DNA of 60,806 nt, filler included, from Callorhinchus milii (GCF_018977255.1; 4 parts of 4 records of this genome joined end to end with filler, not necessarily neighbours in it), one strand, 5' to 3'; shown: positions 13,438-25,335, numbered from the whole stretch's first letter. Notes: generated by a model from the sequence alone, not told the origin. A program made the numbers and translations.

Positions 13438-13700
13438 ACAATAATAATAATCCTTGCATTTAATATAGCGCTTTTCACGTCGGGAGGACGTCCCAAAGCG
13501 CTTCACAGAACACACTGTAAAGTGAATTGACTGTATATTTGTGGGCGAACGCGGCGGCCGATGGCGCACAGCAATGTCCCACAAACAGTCGTGGATTGAA
13601 AATGACCAATTTATTATTGTTTTTGGTTTTGGAGGGATTATTATTAGGCTCTGTGTGGAGTAAGGAAACTTGCCCAAGGTTTCGCCCTTGATACAAGGGT
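13438..13700 (-). mobile_element. Deu/L2-tail SINE in the GPCR intron
   Basis: ATAATAATAATCCTTGCATTTAATATAGCGCTTTTCACGTCGGGAGGACGTCCCAAAGCGCTTCACAG is the reverse complement of an L2-type tail, followed by the Deu-like core. Confidence 0.85.
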
Positions 13701-14179
13701 ATCAAGATTGTCAAAACATCTGCAAACCGTTCCTACCCTGGAATCTCTCTGGCTCTCAACCTACTGACAGAACTGGCCCGTCCAGCCGCTGACTCGCTCA
13801 TATACTCACACATCCCCCACCGTCAGACATTCTTACAGCCAATATGTCCTGAAACACTGGACGCTCAATGTCTTCACATCACACCATTTTGAGCGATCAT
13901 CAGATCAGACCGGAAGATATTTCGCTTGGATTGTGTCTATGGTCACCTAAGTTACACGCGAGGTAGCGAGCAGGCCATCAAACATAAGGGTCACACTATC
14001 AGTCTCACAGCGAGAGCAGAGAGGGTTGAGCCAACCACAGAATCATATCCTTCTGGAGACATCAAAAAAGACATCAGCGGAATAGGAGGCACAGCTGGGC
14101 AAGGAAACGTAGATGAGTGTGCCATAAAAAAGCTTGTGGTACATAGGGAAACAAGTAAAATGCTGCTGTAACTTATTAC

Positions 14180-14279
14180 CTGTAATACCAATAGCTGCAA
14201 GAATAGGATAATAAACTATCAGTATCCGATAAATTGTTGGCAAATACTGCCACGGAAAGTAGGCTACAGCCCTCAACAT
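14180..14279 (-). CDS. GPR139-like: GPR139-like GPCR, coding exon 1 (N-terminus and TM1)
   Basis: ATG at 14279; MLRAVAYFPWQYLPTIYRILIVYYPILAAIGIT-G; donor ACAG|GTAATA; phase-1 intron; 100+899=999 nt = 332 aa plus stop. Confidence 0.9.
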
Positions 14280-14332
14280 TGTCTATCAGCAGCGGATAGA
14301 CTTTCAGTCCTGGACATTCAAAGCTGCCAGTC

Positions 14333-14400
14333 TTTATAACCCAGGACTGTCTCCACCTGGAATAGGCTATTTGCACCAATGATTGTGTAACGCCAATGTT
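14333..14400 (-). promoter_or_regulatory. Candidate core promoter of the GPR139-like gene (TATA box plus two CCAAT motifs)
   Basis: TATAAA on the minus strand at 14333-14338, 54 nt upstream of the ATG; CCAAT on the plus strand at ~14376 and ~14393. Confidence 0.55.
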
Positions 14401-16849
14401 TCGCTGCTGGCACCAACTGCTGACTGGATTCCTTGGGGGAGGTAAGCAGGATCTCATGGGGGCTGAGCCACATTCAAGGTGACGTGTGCAACAACAGAAA
14501 GCTGGAATGAAATCTAACCCGTGTTGTGGTCAGGGTGTGTCTGTGTCTGATTCAGGCCAATTGCACGTTGCATTAAATGCCTGTGGTTGTGGGTTGTGAT
14601 GACAGGGAATGAATGGCGGCCGAGCTCAATGTTATAAGACGAGGTTCGTTATCAGGCTAGTGAGTTGGAGATAAAGAAACTGTTGATCTTGTTCTGGCCC
14701 AATATCCATCACACAGGTTTGATCTTACCCAGTGAGAGTGAAACCAATATTGTACCAAACTATCACAGAGTGGATGCACCGATTGCGCAATCTCTCTGTG
14801 CGCTGAATTACATATTGTTATTTCATAAGATATGTGATTCGTGTTTCAAAAAAACAACACTCGTTGCTTCAAGCCTCTGACTCCCAAGCGTGAATTTTCC
14901 ACAGATTAACACTCCGCGAACTGAAATAGTGTTTGTGTAAATTTATTCTGAATTTCACCCATTTAGATGACTAAAGAAGCAATCATGTCGCCTCCCAAAA
15001 ATCTCTTTTGCGGCGTCAAAATGGCCAATATACTTAGCCACACCTCAGAGTCCAGGCCCTCCATTCATAGAATCATTTTTGTTGCTCACATCAATATCTA
15101 ATATCTGAGGTCATGCACACGTTGCGCTGTGGGTACACATTCTGTCGATCCTTTGCCTCCTATTGTGTGCCCAGTGATGCAACGTCAAATCTTCTCGGGT
15201 TTGGCTAGAAGGACAGTTGCTGAATTCTTTGCCAGATGCTGCCCTTGTTGACCAGCTGTGAAGTTTTTCCTGCAGCCGAGCTCAATCTCTCAGTGTATTT
15301 CGGCTGCTCTGGACTGCAAAGAGATTTGCACGGTCTTCAATCAGATGTCCACCAAACATCAGGTAACTAAAATGAAACATTTACTGAACAGCCCACATCC
15401 CTGGTATCATTCTGGTACAGCTCTTCTGTTTCCATTCCAACACATTATTATCGTTCCTAATGTGAGAACTTGCAGATATGCAAACAATGCTGCAGGATTT
15501 AATTTCTTAATTACTAGCAGCCTCCATGTTCCGTTCCTATACTTCACCTAGGAAGGCGCTGCCCGTTTTGTTAATATATTGAATATTTATTATATATATC
15601 GATCAAAAACAGCAGTGGTCCCAATACAGACAAATGGAGAACACCGCTGCAGACTTCCCTCCAAACTGAAAGTGCCACCAAGTGAAACCTTTCCATCAAT
15701 GGGTGTCGAAATTTCTATGTGAAAGCTGCCAGTGTACTGGGTTTTATAGGTAGAACCAGAGTGTGCACAAGTCCACTGGCAATGGCACATGTGTGCATAT
15801 CATTCGATAGATTGCACCTGCAGCATTGTTTGCATATCTGCAAGTCCTATATTAGGAACGATATAACCGTTCACCTCTACAGTCTGCTTTCAGTATCCGC
15901 GACAATTCTGTTTCCATGCTGCCACTTCCCTTTAAAATCGTGGGCTTCTATTTTGTTTACAAGTGTTTGTATGATACTATCTAATACGCTTTTTAAAATG
16001 CATAACAACACCAACTGTAGAACCTTATTCCACCCTCTTCGTTAATTCATAAAAAAATTATCCGTTTTTGGATTGTATTGGCTCTTCTAAATTAAACCAA
16101 ATTTTCTTTGTGGAGATGTATTTTGTCCCGGATTGCACCACTTATTTCCTTTAGTAAACTAGCATTCACCCCGTGCGATCCGGGTGTCTTATCTAGCCTG
16201 AGCACCGATTGATTTGTCGAAATTTCTCTCGTTTTATTCTTGAGCTACACAATTTCTCTGCCCGCGTATCCGATACTGTTGCGTTGGCTGCATCCGCATC
16301 TTCTGTGACCACGGGAGAAACATCTATCTATACCTTTGAGGGATTGTCCCAAATAACAGTTTCATTGAAACTCTTCTCTGTGTCCCACAGAGCATCCATT
16401 TGCCATTGGCTCCTCTCCACAGAGTTGTCATCACCCTGACGGGACAAATGTGTTAATGCCACACATTCATGTGAATTCTGCACTGACCGTCCCCTCTTCC
16501 TACCACAAGCACAGATACTCTCTCTGAATCCTCTATGGCTGTGGGATGACAACCTCCTGAAACGTGAGGTCCATGAACACACAGAGTCACTCATTCCTTC
16601 ACTGTCTGTCTCCCATATGCACTCTGCCTGTCTACAATGGAGAGAGTGAGAGAGAGAATGTGTGTGTATATGAGACACTCAGAGAGAGAGTGAGATAAAG
16701 AATGTGAGAGACAGAGACAGAGTGTAATATTGTGAGAGAGTGTTAGAGAGAGAGGGAGAAACAACATGTCCTTGTGTAAAGGCCTTTCATGTCGGGAGGA
16801 TGTCCAAGGCCGACGGACAGACAGAGATTCCGAGTTACTTCGCAGTTTC

Positions 16850-17135
16850 TCAACAACAAACAATAAACTGCATTTATTTCTCCTCCTTCACGGAGGATCA
16901 GGACTCGGAGCTTCTCCTCAGTTTTGGTTTATAATTGACGAATCCATTTTCATTCCTTTTCATGTGTTTATGTCAATAAACTCTTTCGCAATGAATCCCA
17001 CGACATTAATTGTGTTGCTCAGTCCCTGGGTCTGGTTATCAGCGTCTAGTGCTAAAGAGCGGTCAGACACAGACAGCAATTCACTGCTTCTCCTTCTCTC
17101 CTCGTGGATTTGAGGAAGTAATCATTTGCTGTGAT
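16850..17135 (-). pseudogene. Possible heavily decayed TRIM RING-exon remnant
   Basis: Minus-strand fragments EGEAVNCCLCL ... QHN*CRG ... EEKLRVL resemble the TRIM consensus EEAICPICL..CGHNFCRSC..LAEKAR; many stops and frameshifts. Confidence 0.35.
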
Positions 17136-17445
17136 TCAGTCGGGTTCAAATTACAAATAAAACCTGCGTTCCACAGTATTGCCACCAGTGCTGGTGTTGC
17201 ACTGTGTAACTGCTCATTTATTCTGTGTATTATACTATTTATAATAATTCGGCATTTGATATTGCGCTGTTCACGTCTTGCAGACGCCTCAAAGCGCTTG
17301 TTTAGTCAACTCCCTTCTCCTCCTTGAGGGGAGGTGACCAGAGTCTCCCTGGAGCTGATCTGGAGCTCTGCAACTCATGTGGAATGGAGCCATTCCTGCG
17401 TGATGGTCACTCGGGTGGACACTGTGATCACTGCCTGTCCCGGGC

Positions 17446-17476
<31 letters not shown>

Positions 17477-17790
17477 CTGTGTGTGTGTTTCTGTGCCTGT
17501 GTGTGTGTGTGTGTGTGTTTGTGTGTGTGTGGTTAGAGTGTGTATTATTGTGCTGTGTTGTGCGTGTGTCCTGTGTGTCTGTGTGTGTCTGTTTGTTTCT
17601 GTGTGTGTTTGTGTCTGCGTTTCTGTGTCTGTGTGCCTTGTCTGTGTCTGTCATCTGTCTGTCTCTGTATCTGTCTGCGTTGATGCTCGTGTGTATCGCT
17701 GTCTGTGTGTGTATGTTTGTGCTTTGTGTGTGTGTGTGCGTGTCTCTCTCTCTGTGTGTATATGTGTGTGACTGTGTGTGGTTGTGTGTC
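17446..17790. repeat. (TG)n and degenerate TG microsatellite
   Basis: Directly visible; explains the Cys/Val- and His/Thr-rich ORFs here. Confidence 0.95.
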
Positions 17791-18383
17791 TAACCCCTGA
17801 GATACAGACACTTTACAAAACACTTTGCATTGAATCCTGTAAAAACTCAGTCACGACACTATCCGTGAAGCGCATTGAGACGTCTCAAAGTCGTGATAAG
17901 GCGCTTGGATAAAGACAATTATTATTTATTGTTGTTACAAAAAGACTTTTTAATCGCCCAAAAACACGTCTCCCCTTTAAGAAGAGACGGACTCGCTTTA
18001 AATCAAAATACTGTCTGCAGTTTTATATAATTTTTTGATGCAGTTTTTTGATAGTGATTCATATTCTAATGATGAATATTTTTATTGTGCAAATAGAAAT
18101 TAAATTATTGGCAAAATAAGTTTGTTTGATTCCAAATCCGTCATTTCTTCCCTTGGAAATAAGAATTTTCTACAACACTCGTGATAGAAATAAGGTAATA
18201 CCTGTCTAAGGCTGACTCAATGTGTTAATCACAACTTACGGTTGATTAAGTTTGCAAAAGACTTTGTTGAATTATGTTGCATTCCTTCAAGCGTGTGAGT
18301 CTGTCAGAGACACAATTGTTTGTATACTGCATTATATTCTTATATTATACAAATATAATATTAAAGTTATTTATATTTTTATA

Positions 18384-18862
18384 CTGTGTGTGTACAGGAG
18401 AGACACCGGGAGAGGCTGTGTGTATGTGGGAGATATTGGAAGAGGCTGTTTGTACAGGAGAAAGATTGGGAGAGCTGTGTGTATACAGGCAGGACACTGG
18501 CAGTGGCTGTGTGTATACAGGGGAGTCAGTGGAAGAGGTTGGTTTATACAGTGGAAGACACGGGAAGAGGCTACGTGTACAGGAGAAACACTGGGAGAGG
18601 CTGTGTGTATACAAGAGAGACAGCGGGAGAGGTAGGTGTGAAGGTGTGAAGTTTCTCCATTTCATTGTGTGTAAAGGAGAAACGCTGGGAGTGGCTGCGT
18701 TTATGCAGGAGTAATACTGGGAGAGGCTAGGTGTCCACAGGAGAGACTGCGAGAGGTTGTGTGTATACAACCGGAGGCACTGGAAGTGGCTGTTTATACA
18801 GAAGAGACCCACAGAGAGTCTGTGTGTATACAGGAGAAACACTGGGAGCGGTTGGGTGTATA
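18384..18862. repeat. ~30-32-bp minisatellite, consensus TGTGTGTA(TA)CAGGAGAGACACTGGGAGAGGC
   Basis: About 15 diverged tandem units visible. Confidence 0.9.
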
Positions 18863-18889
18863 AATGCAAATAATGATCCATCAAGAAAA

Positions 18890-19092
18890 AAAAAGGTAAT
18901 TTGATCGCTCAATCCATGACTGTTTGTGGGTCGCTGCTGTGCGCAATTGGCTGCCGCGTTTCATCCACATATGTACAGTCAAATCACTTGACAGCATATT
19001 CTGTAAAGCGCTTTGAGACGTCTAGAAGATGTGAAAAGGCACTGGATGAAATGCAAGAATTATTATTATTTTTATTAATATTATTGTTATCA
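18890..19092 (+). mobile_element. 3' half of a Deu/L2-tail SINE
   Basis: TGTTTGTGGGTCGCTGCTGTGCGCAATTGGCTGCCGCG ... TGTAAAGCGCTTTGAGACG ... AAATGCAAG then (TAT)n. Confidence 0.8.
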
Positions 19093-19591
19093 TTGCGATT
19101 TCTGCCTGTCCCGGGCTGTGTGTTTGTGTGTGTTTGTCTCTCTGTGTCTGTTTGTCTGTGTGTGCTGTCTGTTTCTGTTTCTGTGTATGAGTGTCTCTGA
19201 CGATATGTGTATCGGGGTGTGTCTTTGTGTGTGCCTGTGCGAGCTTGCTTTCGTCTGTTTGTGTGTCTTGGTGTATCTGTGGGTAGAGCGGAAACTTGCA
19301 AAAGGTTTCGCCCCACTTGGGGATTGACCCCCTGCCTTGGCTTGCGAGGCGAGGCTCTAATCACTGAGCTACAGGACCTGTTGCAGAGACAGTTTACGGT
19401 GTATCCTGTGAAGCGCTTTGAGTCGTTCCGAAGACGTGATAAAACTCTGTGCCAAATACAAGGCTTACTATCATTATTTAAAAAGGGCTCTAACCCCAAA
19501 AACTCCTCTCCTTTCAAGGCAGTGACGGCTCGCTTTAAATCCCAAATATGGTCAACAGATCAAAATCCTGCACTGGCCATGTGAACGAACC

Positions 19592-19685
19592 CAGCCCCGC
19601 CCCGCCCCGAACTCAGCCCCGCCCCCAATCCCAGACACGCCCCCAGTTCCGGACCCGCCCCCAAACCCGGCTCCGCCCCTATTTG
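19592..19685. promoter_or_regulatory. Array of GC boxes (Sp/KLF-type) at 18-bp period; probable promoter
   Basis: CGCCCC cores with the central G at 19599, 19604, 19621, 19639, 19657, 19675; donor-like CA|GTGAGT at ~19729. Confidence 0.6.
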
Positions 19686-19782
19686 TCTCCTGTTTGTAGC
19701 AAAGCCTCCAGCGGCTGACTAATAGACAGTGAGTGAGTGAGAGAGACGGAAATTGAGAGTGAGTGTGAGAGAGAGGGAGACA

Positions 19783-20120
19783 GTTAATGCAAAAAGCGAT
19801 TTATATACTTGGGATTAGAGCAGAATTGGGAATATTTTGCACCGATGCACTTTAAACCCCGAGGATCTGGGGGAATTTACACCCGTTTCCGTGTTAATCC
19901 CCGGCTGTGGGATTAAAATCAAAACCAAAATTAATGCAAAACCGTATTTATATCATTTGATTAATGCAAACATTGGGGTTTATTAAACTATTGCACTTGG
20001 AACCCGCGTATATGGGGGCTTTAAAAACGTTTCCCGTATTGTACACAGAGAGCGCTTTATTATTTAAACAGAAAGTCAATGATAAATCCCATGGGTATCA
20101 TTGGGATTAATGCAGATTTA
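19783..20120. repeat. Diverged ~147-bp tandem repeat (~2.3 copies)
   Basis: Units begin TTAATGCAAAAAGCGATTTATAT (19783), TTAATGCAAAACCGTATTTATAT (19931) and TCAATGATAAATCCCATGGGTAT (~20076). Confidence 0.7.
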
Positions 20121-20465
20121 GAAAGCCTGGGATAGGCTTTGAGACGTCTGCCAGAAGTGATGAGAAGCTGTGTGCAATATAGGGATTATTATTGTCGAGA
20201 TCAGGAGCTGAAAACTCCAGCCTGATGGTCGTTGTGTCACAGATGACTTACTTTAGACTTTTCTCTGTGCAAATTAGTTCTATATTCGCGCACAAACACA
20301 ACCGTCGCTTCATAGTCGATTCCGAGAAATGATTGTGCCGCGGTCCCAGTGTGAAAGTTGTCATATAAACTACAAGCTTTATTGTAAAAGGACACAGATT
20401 ATAAAAGTTTCAGCCTTGTGGCCATCACACTCAAAGATAGGTCATGGCTAAGTGTTTCCTCCTCA

Positions 20466-20680
20466 TTAATCTGTCAACCGGCAGATCCTCAGAGGATCAC
20501 AGATTTTGCCGCCATCATCAACACGGGAAGAAGTATGGATAAAGTTTCTCAGTGAAAGTCTGGGTGAAAGTGTGGAGATGAGACATGTTATCAACGTTGT
20601 AAAATGTCAACTCTCCCCCTCATAGTCCAGGTAAACTCCCAGCTTCCCGGTCTCTCTCTCAGCGGCAGGATGGTGGTGCA
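20466..20680 (-). pseudogene. C-terminal part of a TRIM/butyrophilin-type B30.2 (PRY-SPRY) exon, frameshifted and cut by the linker
   Basis: Minus strand reads [64 protein letters not shown] with two frameshifts. Confidence 0.85.
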
Positions 20681-20780
20681 NNNNNNNNNNNNNNNNNNNN
20701 NNNNNNNNNNNNNNNNNNNNNNNNTTAATTAATTAANNNNNNNNNNNNNNNNNNNNNNNNNNNNNNNNNNNNNNNNNNNN
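20681..20780. other. Artificial contig linker N44-TTAATTAATTAA-N44
   Basis: 12-mer with stops in all six frames between N runs; exactly 100 bp. Confidence 0.99.
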
Positions 20781-22599
20781 GAGGCCAAGTACCCTCTGCC
20801 AGAGGGGCCCTCCAGATCTCCCACTAGTGGAGGCCTTTCTGTCAGCAGTGGCGTGAGCAAAATAAGTGCAAGGCTGCACCTGGATACTGACCGTATTAAT
20901 ATCATCACAGCTGCATCGGATTGTGTGATTATATAATGTTTGTTTATGTTGTATGTCATTGGTTCATTTAACTCCGGCAAGCCACCGTCGCTGCTACATT
21001 CTTAAATTGAGTCATGTTCCAGAATCATGATTATGCATTGAAATGTGAGAGGGGTGAGAAGTATGTATATATATCCACCAGGCGTGTAACAATGCGTGAA
21101 TGCAGCTATTAAAATTCATTCCAATGCTCGCAATGCATGCATAGAATCGTGCGTGCCAAAATGGATTATTTACGGTTTGTGCAAAATATTTCCAACGGTG
21201 TGCCGCCGTCTGCGCATAGGATGAGAAGCCCGCGGCGTTGTTTGAAATGGAATAGATTGTGTGTGTGGGTGTTGGCGTCGCGGTCAAAAAATTAGCAATT
21301 TCGAAAAAAACGTATTTTCACGAATATCTTAATTAGCAACCTCGCTTCTACTGGCGAGACACTACCGGCCTGTGAAACATAACACCTTTGTGATCGCTTT
21401 TTGTGCTCTAAGATTGGTGTAAATATTAACAGGACAATATATGTTAAGGTTATGGAATGAACAAAAGTGTTCAGTTGGTGCTCACGGTATTTAAAAAAAT
21501 ATTATGTGGGTAATGGAACAGTGTCCTGGATAGTATGAGGACCATTGACAAGATTTTAAGTTTTAAAATTGTTATTTTAATGATTATTTTCAATAGTACT
21601 GTTTATCTGTTGTTTGTCTCTTAACTGTGATTCTTAAAAATGTTATTGTTAGCTGTAATGTTCCGTGAGAAATACGTAGTCTCTGGTCTCCATTTGCCTG
21701 GGTAAAAAAAAAAAGTGGAGCTGAGTTTTGTTCCAATCCTGGCCAGCTGACTCAAAAACTTCCTCACTAAATGAGACAGAAAATAACAACCATAAAATAA
21801 CCAGAAAACAATATAAACGAGGGAGTAAAAAATAATGCAAGAAAATAGCTGATTTACGATTTGACACAATAGCCCCAACTCGAGATCATTCATGGATCCC
21901 TGGGGGCAGGGTGGGAAGGAGGTATGGCTTGCCGGGAATTGCTACTTGCGTAATACGCAGAACATCTCAGTACATTGACTAGATGCTGGGCGAGCAATCT
22001 TTCACAATCTCTGGAAAATGCCCTTTGAAAAATGCCAGCTCTCAGCGGAACAACCTCACCGGTATGGCAAAACCATTTAACACTATGTTTACGTTCGGAA
22101 TTTATCTTCAAAAACGTTCTGGATAAAGAACGCTACCCGTCTACAGTAAATTGGTATTGCCATAATGATCTGTATGTTCCACTCGTGCAATCAGTCACTG
22201 CCGCTAATGTAAGTCACAGGGCGAGAGGGAAAGTAGCATGTTTGCCTTTGATACCAAGGTTCCCTGGCCTGAATCCCAGCCCTTGATAAAATGCCTGCCT
22301 CGACTCTTTACAAGATCGCTCCGTTGCGTTATACAGTAATGCAAATGGAAAATGAACCATTTGCATTACGTGATGCATCTGCTGTATGCGCTGTATGTAC
22401 GTGTGCTTGCGGTTGCTGCTACTCTGCGTGGCTGAGAGATACGCGCTACGATCGAGTTGCGCTTCGGTCGACTTGTGCATTAAAACAAAACAAAAATTGG
22501 CTCATTCAAAAATAATAACAGGTTTTTAATACTGTCACCGAGAGGAAATGATGGTATCAAAGTTTCGGCCAATCGGCCTTCTTGAGAAAATGTTGAGGT

Positions 22600-22710
22600 T
22601 TGCAGAGAGAGAGGAGAGACGCTCCAGCACCAAGGGGTTCATCAACAATGGATTGCCACAAGGCGCAATACTCACGCCAGCGATCTTCAATGTCTATACG
22701 AGCGATGAAG
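22600..22710 (+). mobile_element. Non-LTR retrotransposon RT fragment (RTE-X/I-like)
   Basis: NNGLPQGAILTPAIFNVYTSD in ORF 22548..22790. Confidence 0.7.
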
Positions 22711-23617
22711 GGGGAGGCTTATTACATTGCAGGATCATAAGAAGTGGTGGTAGGAAGGCCTTCATCCAGCACCGGATTCATCATGGCTGATGATGAGGAT
22801 GTTGACAAAGAGAGAGAGAGAGAGGGTTAAGTCGTCTTGGCAGAAAAAGTTTGGTAGTTGGGTGATGTTAGATTGTGGGTTCACTGAGGTGCAATACAAC
22901 ATAGTCATGAATAAAACTACGGACTTAAAAATGAAAGAAAAACATTTATAAAGTGACGTTTCGAGCAATGGCCCTTTTTCATAGCACATAGCAACGTCTC
23001 GTCATTGTTTACGGATTGTTTTAATGCATTGCAGAAGTCGCTATTCAGATTGTCTGACTGAGGTGTACTGAGTATTCTCACTGTGTGGACATCCCATAGA
23101 TGCTGTCAAGCTTTTTTACCCAACGTCCCATAATGTAATCGATACTGCTTCAGAAAAAAAACATATATACAGGGTGATTCATTTATAGATAACTCATTCA
23201 TTTCAAATAACCCTCTCTCACAGGTGATTAGATATTATTGTGAAAGTGATGTTGGACAAAAGTGTATATCAGGAGAGTGTTAAAATATTTCAGAAATTCC
23301 TTTGAGATTGGTGGGAGAGAGAGACGCTCTGGATCGAAACGGACTTTTATCTGCAGCTTATTTGAGTGGGGGGTATCTATAAATGGATCGCCCCTTTTAA
23401 TAATGACGCCAAAATAAGATCGACGCTCTGTTTGTTGGAGGACGTGGTCATACTGGGCAGCGTTATTGCCGAAGGGGTTACATCTGTGTTGTCAGTTGCG
23501 TTATTTGTGCAAGTGTGCACCACTGCCCAAACGCGGTTCCCCAACATAAACGTCTCGAATGAAAACGAGGCTTTTTGTAATTGAAACATAAACAAAACAC
23601 ATGAAATAATTACCGTA

Positions 23618-24135
23618 AGGAGCGGTGGCGCAGCGGTTAAGCCCACTGAGCTACAATCCTGGGGACCCGGGTTCGATTCCTGCTCACGGCCAACATCAGT
23701 GACGATTATCTGAACTGGTCCTGGGCTTCCCCTAGGTCGACTCGGCCTCAAATGGGTACCTGGTGCGGTGTGTAAACATCGCCACTGGGGAGACAAAGTC
23801 GGCCGGTCGTGGTCCTGGCCACCCACCCCCTCGTGTGCCGTGCAGGCCTTCATCTGTGCTCGCTAACAGCACTTGCCCCTACAGTCTGTTAAGGCTACAC
23901 AGGGGATCTTTGCCTTTGAAGCGGTGCGCTAAAAAGCTGGCAACCCGAGTTCAATTTCCGCTCACGACTTGGCCTCGAGTGAGTACCTGGTGCAATGTGT
24001 GAACATCGCCACTGCCACTGGGGCATGAAGGCGGCCGAGCGTGGTTTGTTTGGCCACACCACCCCATCGTACGCCGTGCCGGCCCCAACAGCGCTCGCTC
24101 CAACAGTCTGCTAGTGGCTAGACGGGGGATCTTTG
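23618..24135 (+). mobile_element. Two tandem copies of a tRNA-derived SINE (second is degenerate)
   Basis: A box GGTGGCGCAGCGG and B box GGTTCGATTCC; body CCTAGGTCGACTCGGCCTCAAATGGGTACCTGG; both copies end GGGGATCTTTG. Confidence 0.85.
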
Positions 24136-24989
24136 TTGTGTATGTGTGCGCGCACGTGTCTGTGTTCGTGCGTGCTGTGCTCTTCACTCAAGGCCGTTGC
24201 TCATGGCCTCGTGAGGTCACCCCGCTTCAGCCACGACCGCAGAGCTTTTGAAAACTGCAGGGCATCTTACCTCTGGCCATTGTTAACCTCCTCCCTAACC
24301 CAGTCCGCGCAAAGCTGCGTCGGTAGCGGTTTTCTACTTGTGTGTGAGCAATTGTGTTTGTCACACATAAGCGGCTTTCCCGTTCACGACACTGATCCAC
24401 GGGCGTGGAAATTACACGTTTGGACGGCAGGGTTAAGTATGGCCAGTGGACATCCAATGCTGACTTGCCGCAAAATGGTGCCAGTTTTATTGACTCCAGA
24501 TGGATGATGGACTGCCTTGATTACGATATGATATGGTATATTATTTTTTTAAGATGTAGTTGAACTCCAAAAAACGCTGAAGTCGTATAACCACTATGTC
24601 GTCAGTTATCGCTGGGATGTGTTTTGTGAAAGCACTTCACTGGGTCGAAGACATTTATTTCGAGTCGATTGCACTTTTATTCAATTAAAAATAACCACGT
24701 CGTTTCAATAGTTTGCAGAACGGATGATGTGTTTTTATCGTAGGCCCCTGGACCGTGCGTTATATTTTACGTCAATATCGTGGCAACCCCGGCTATAACC
24801 AATGTGCCTCTCAGCCAGCATCACACGTCAACAATTATTAATTCTTATTGCTACGGAAAACACGTTGAAAACTTGCTCTGAATGTGGATGCGAATTCAGG
24901 ATACGTGTGATAACCAATTTTGAGATTATATCTGGCTGGCTAATGTATGTTTGTGTATATATATATACGTGTGTGTGTGGATGGGCGTG

Positions 24990-25265
24990 GGGAGCGGTAG
25001 TGCAACGGTTAGCGACTCTGCGCTACGAACCCGCGACCCGAGTTTGATTCCCGCTCACGGCCAACACCGGTGACGATTATCTGAACCCCTCCTGGGCCTC
25101 CTCTAGGTCGAATCAGCCTCAAATGAGTACCTGGTGCAAGTGCGTAGTAAACATCACCACGAGCGAGACAAAGGCGGCCGGGCGTGGTGTTGACCTCGTG
25201 TGCCGTGCTGGCCTCCATAGCACTTGCCCCAGCAGTCTATTAAGAATATACGGGGATCTTTGTCT
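24990..25265 (+). mobile_element. tRNA-derived SINE, same family as 23618
   Basis: Aligns along its length with 23618-23915. Confidence 0.85.
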
Positions 25266-25269
25266 TTCT

Positions 25270-25335
25270 TGATTTTAGACTTTCGTGACTGCAGGAATCC
25301 ATACTCTTTGGTTCTTTCGGTAAAGTCACGTAGGA
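25270..25335 (-). mobile_element. Fragment of a Penelope-like terminal repeat
   Basis: CTTTCGTGACTGCAGG...TTGGTTCTTTCGGTAAAGTCACGTAG shared with 30572-30785 and 37925-38210. Confidence 0.7.

Noticed and set aside
17289..17823. Cys/Val-rich and His/Thr-rich ORFs (also at 10322, 18984, 57155, 59622, 59788)
   Set aside because: Translations of TG/CA microsatellites and satellites, not genes
18384..18862. Regular ~30-bp repeats as a possible CRISPR-like array
   Set aside because: Units are contiguous and degenerate with no unique spacers; eukaryotic minisatellite, no cas genes
20725..20736. TTAATTAATTAA as a biological palindrome or piggyBac target
   Set aside because: Sits centrally in fixed-length N runs three times; artificial linker
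23618..23692. tRNA-like sequences (also at 19300-19378, 24990, 30910, 33060)
   Set aside because: SINE heads: A and B boxes run into SINE bodies with no complete cloverleaf
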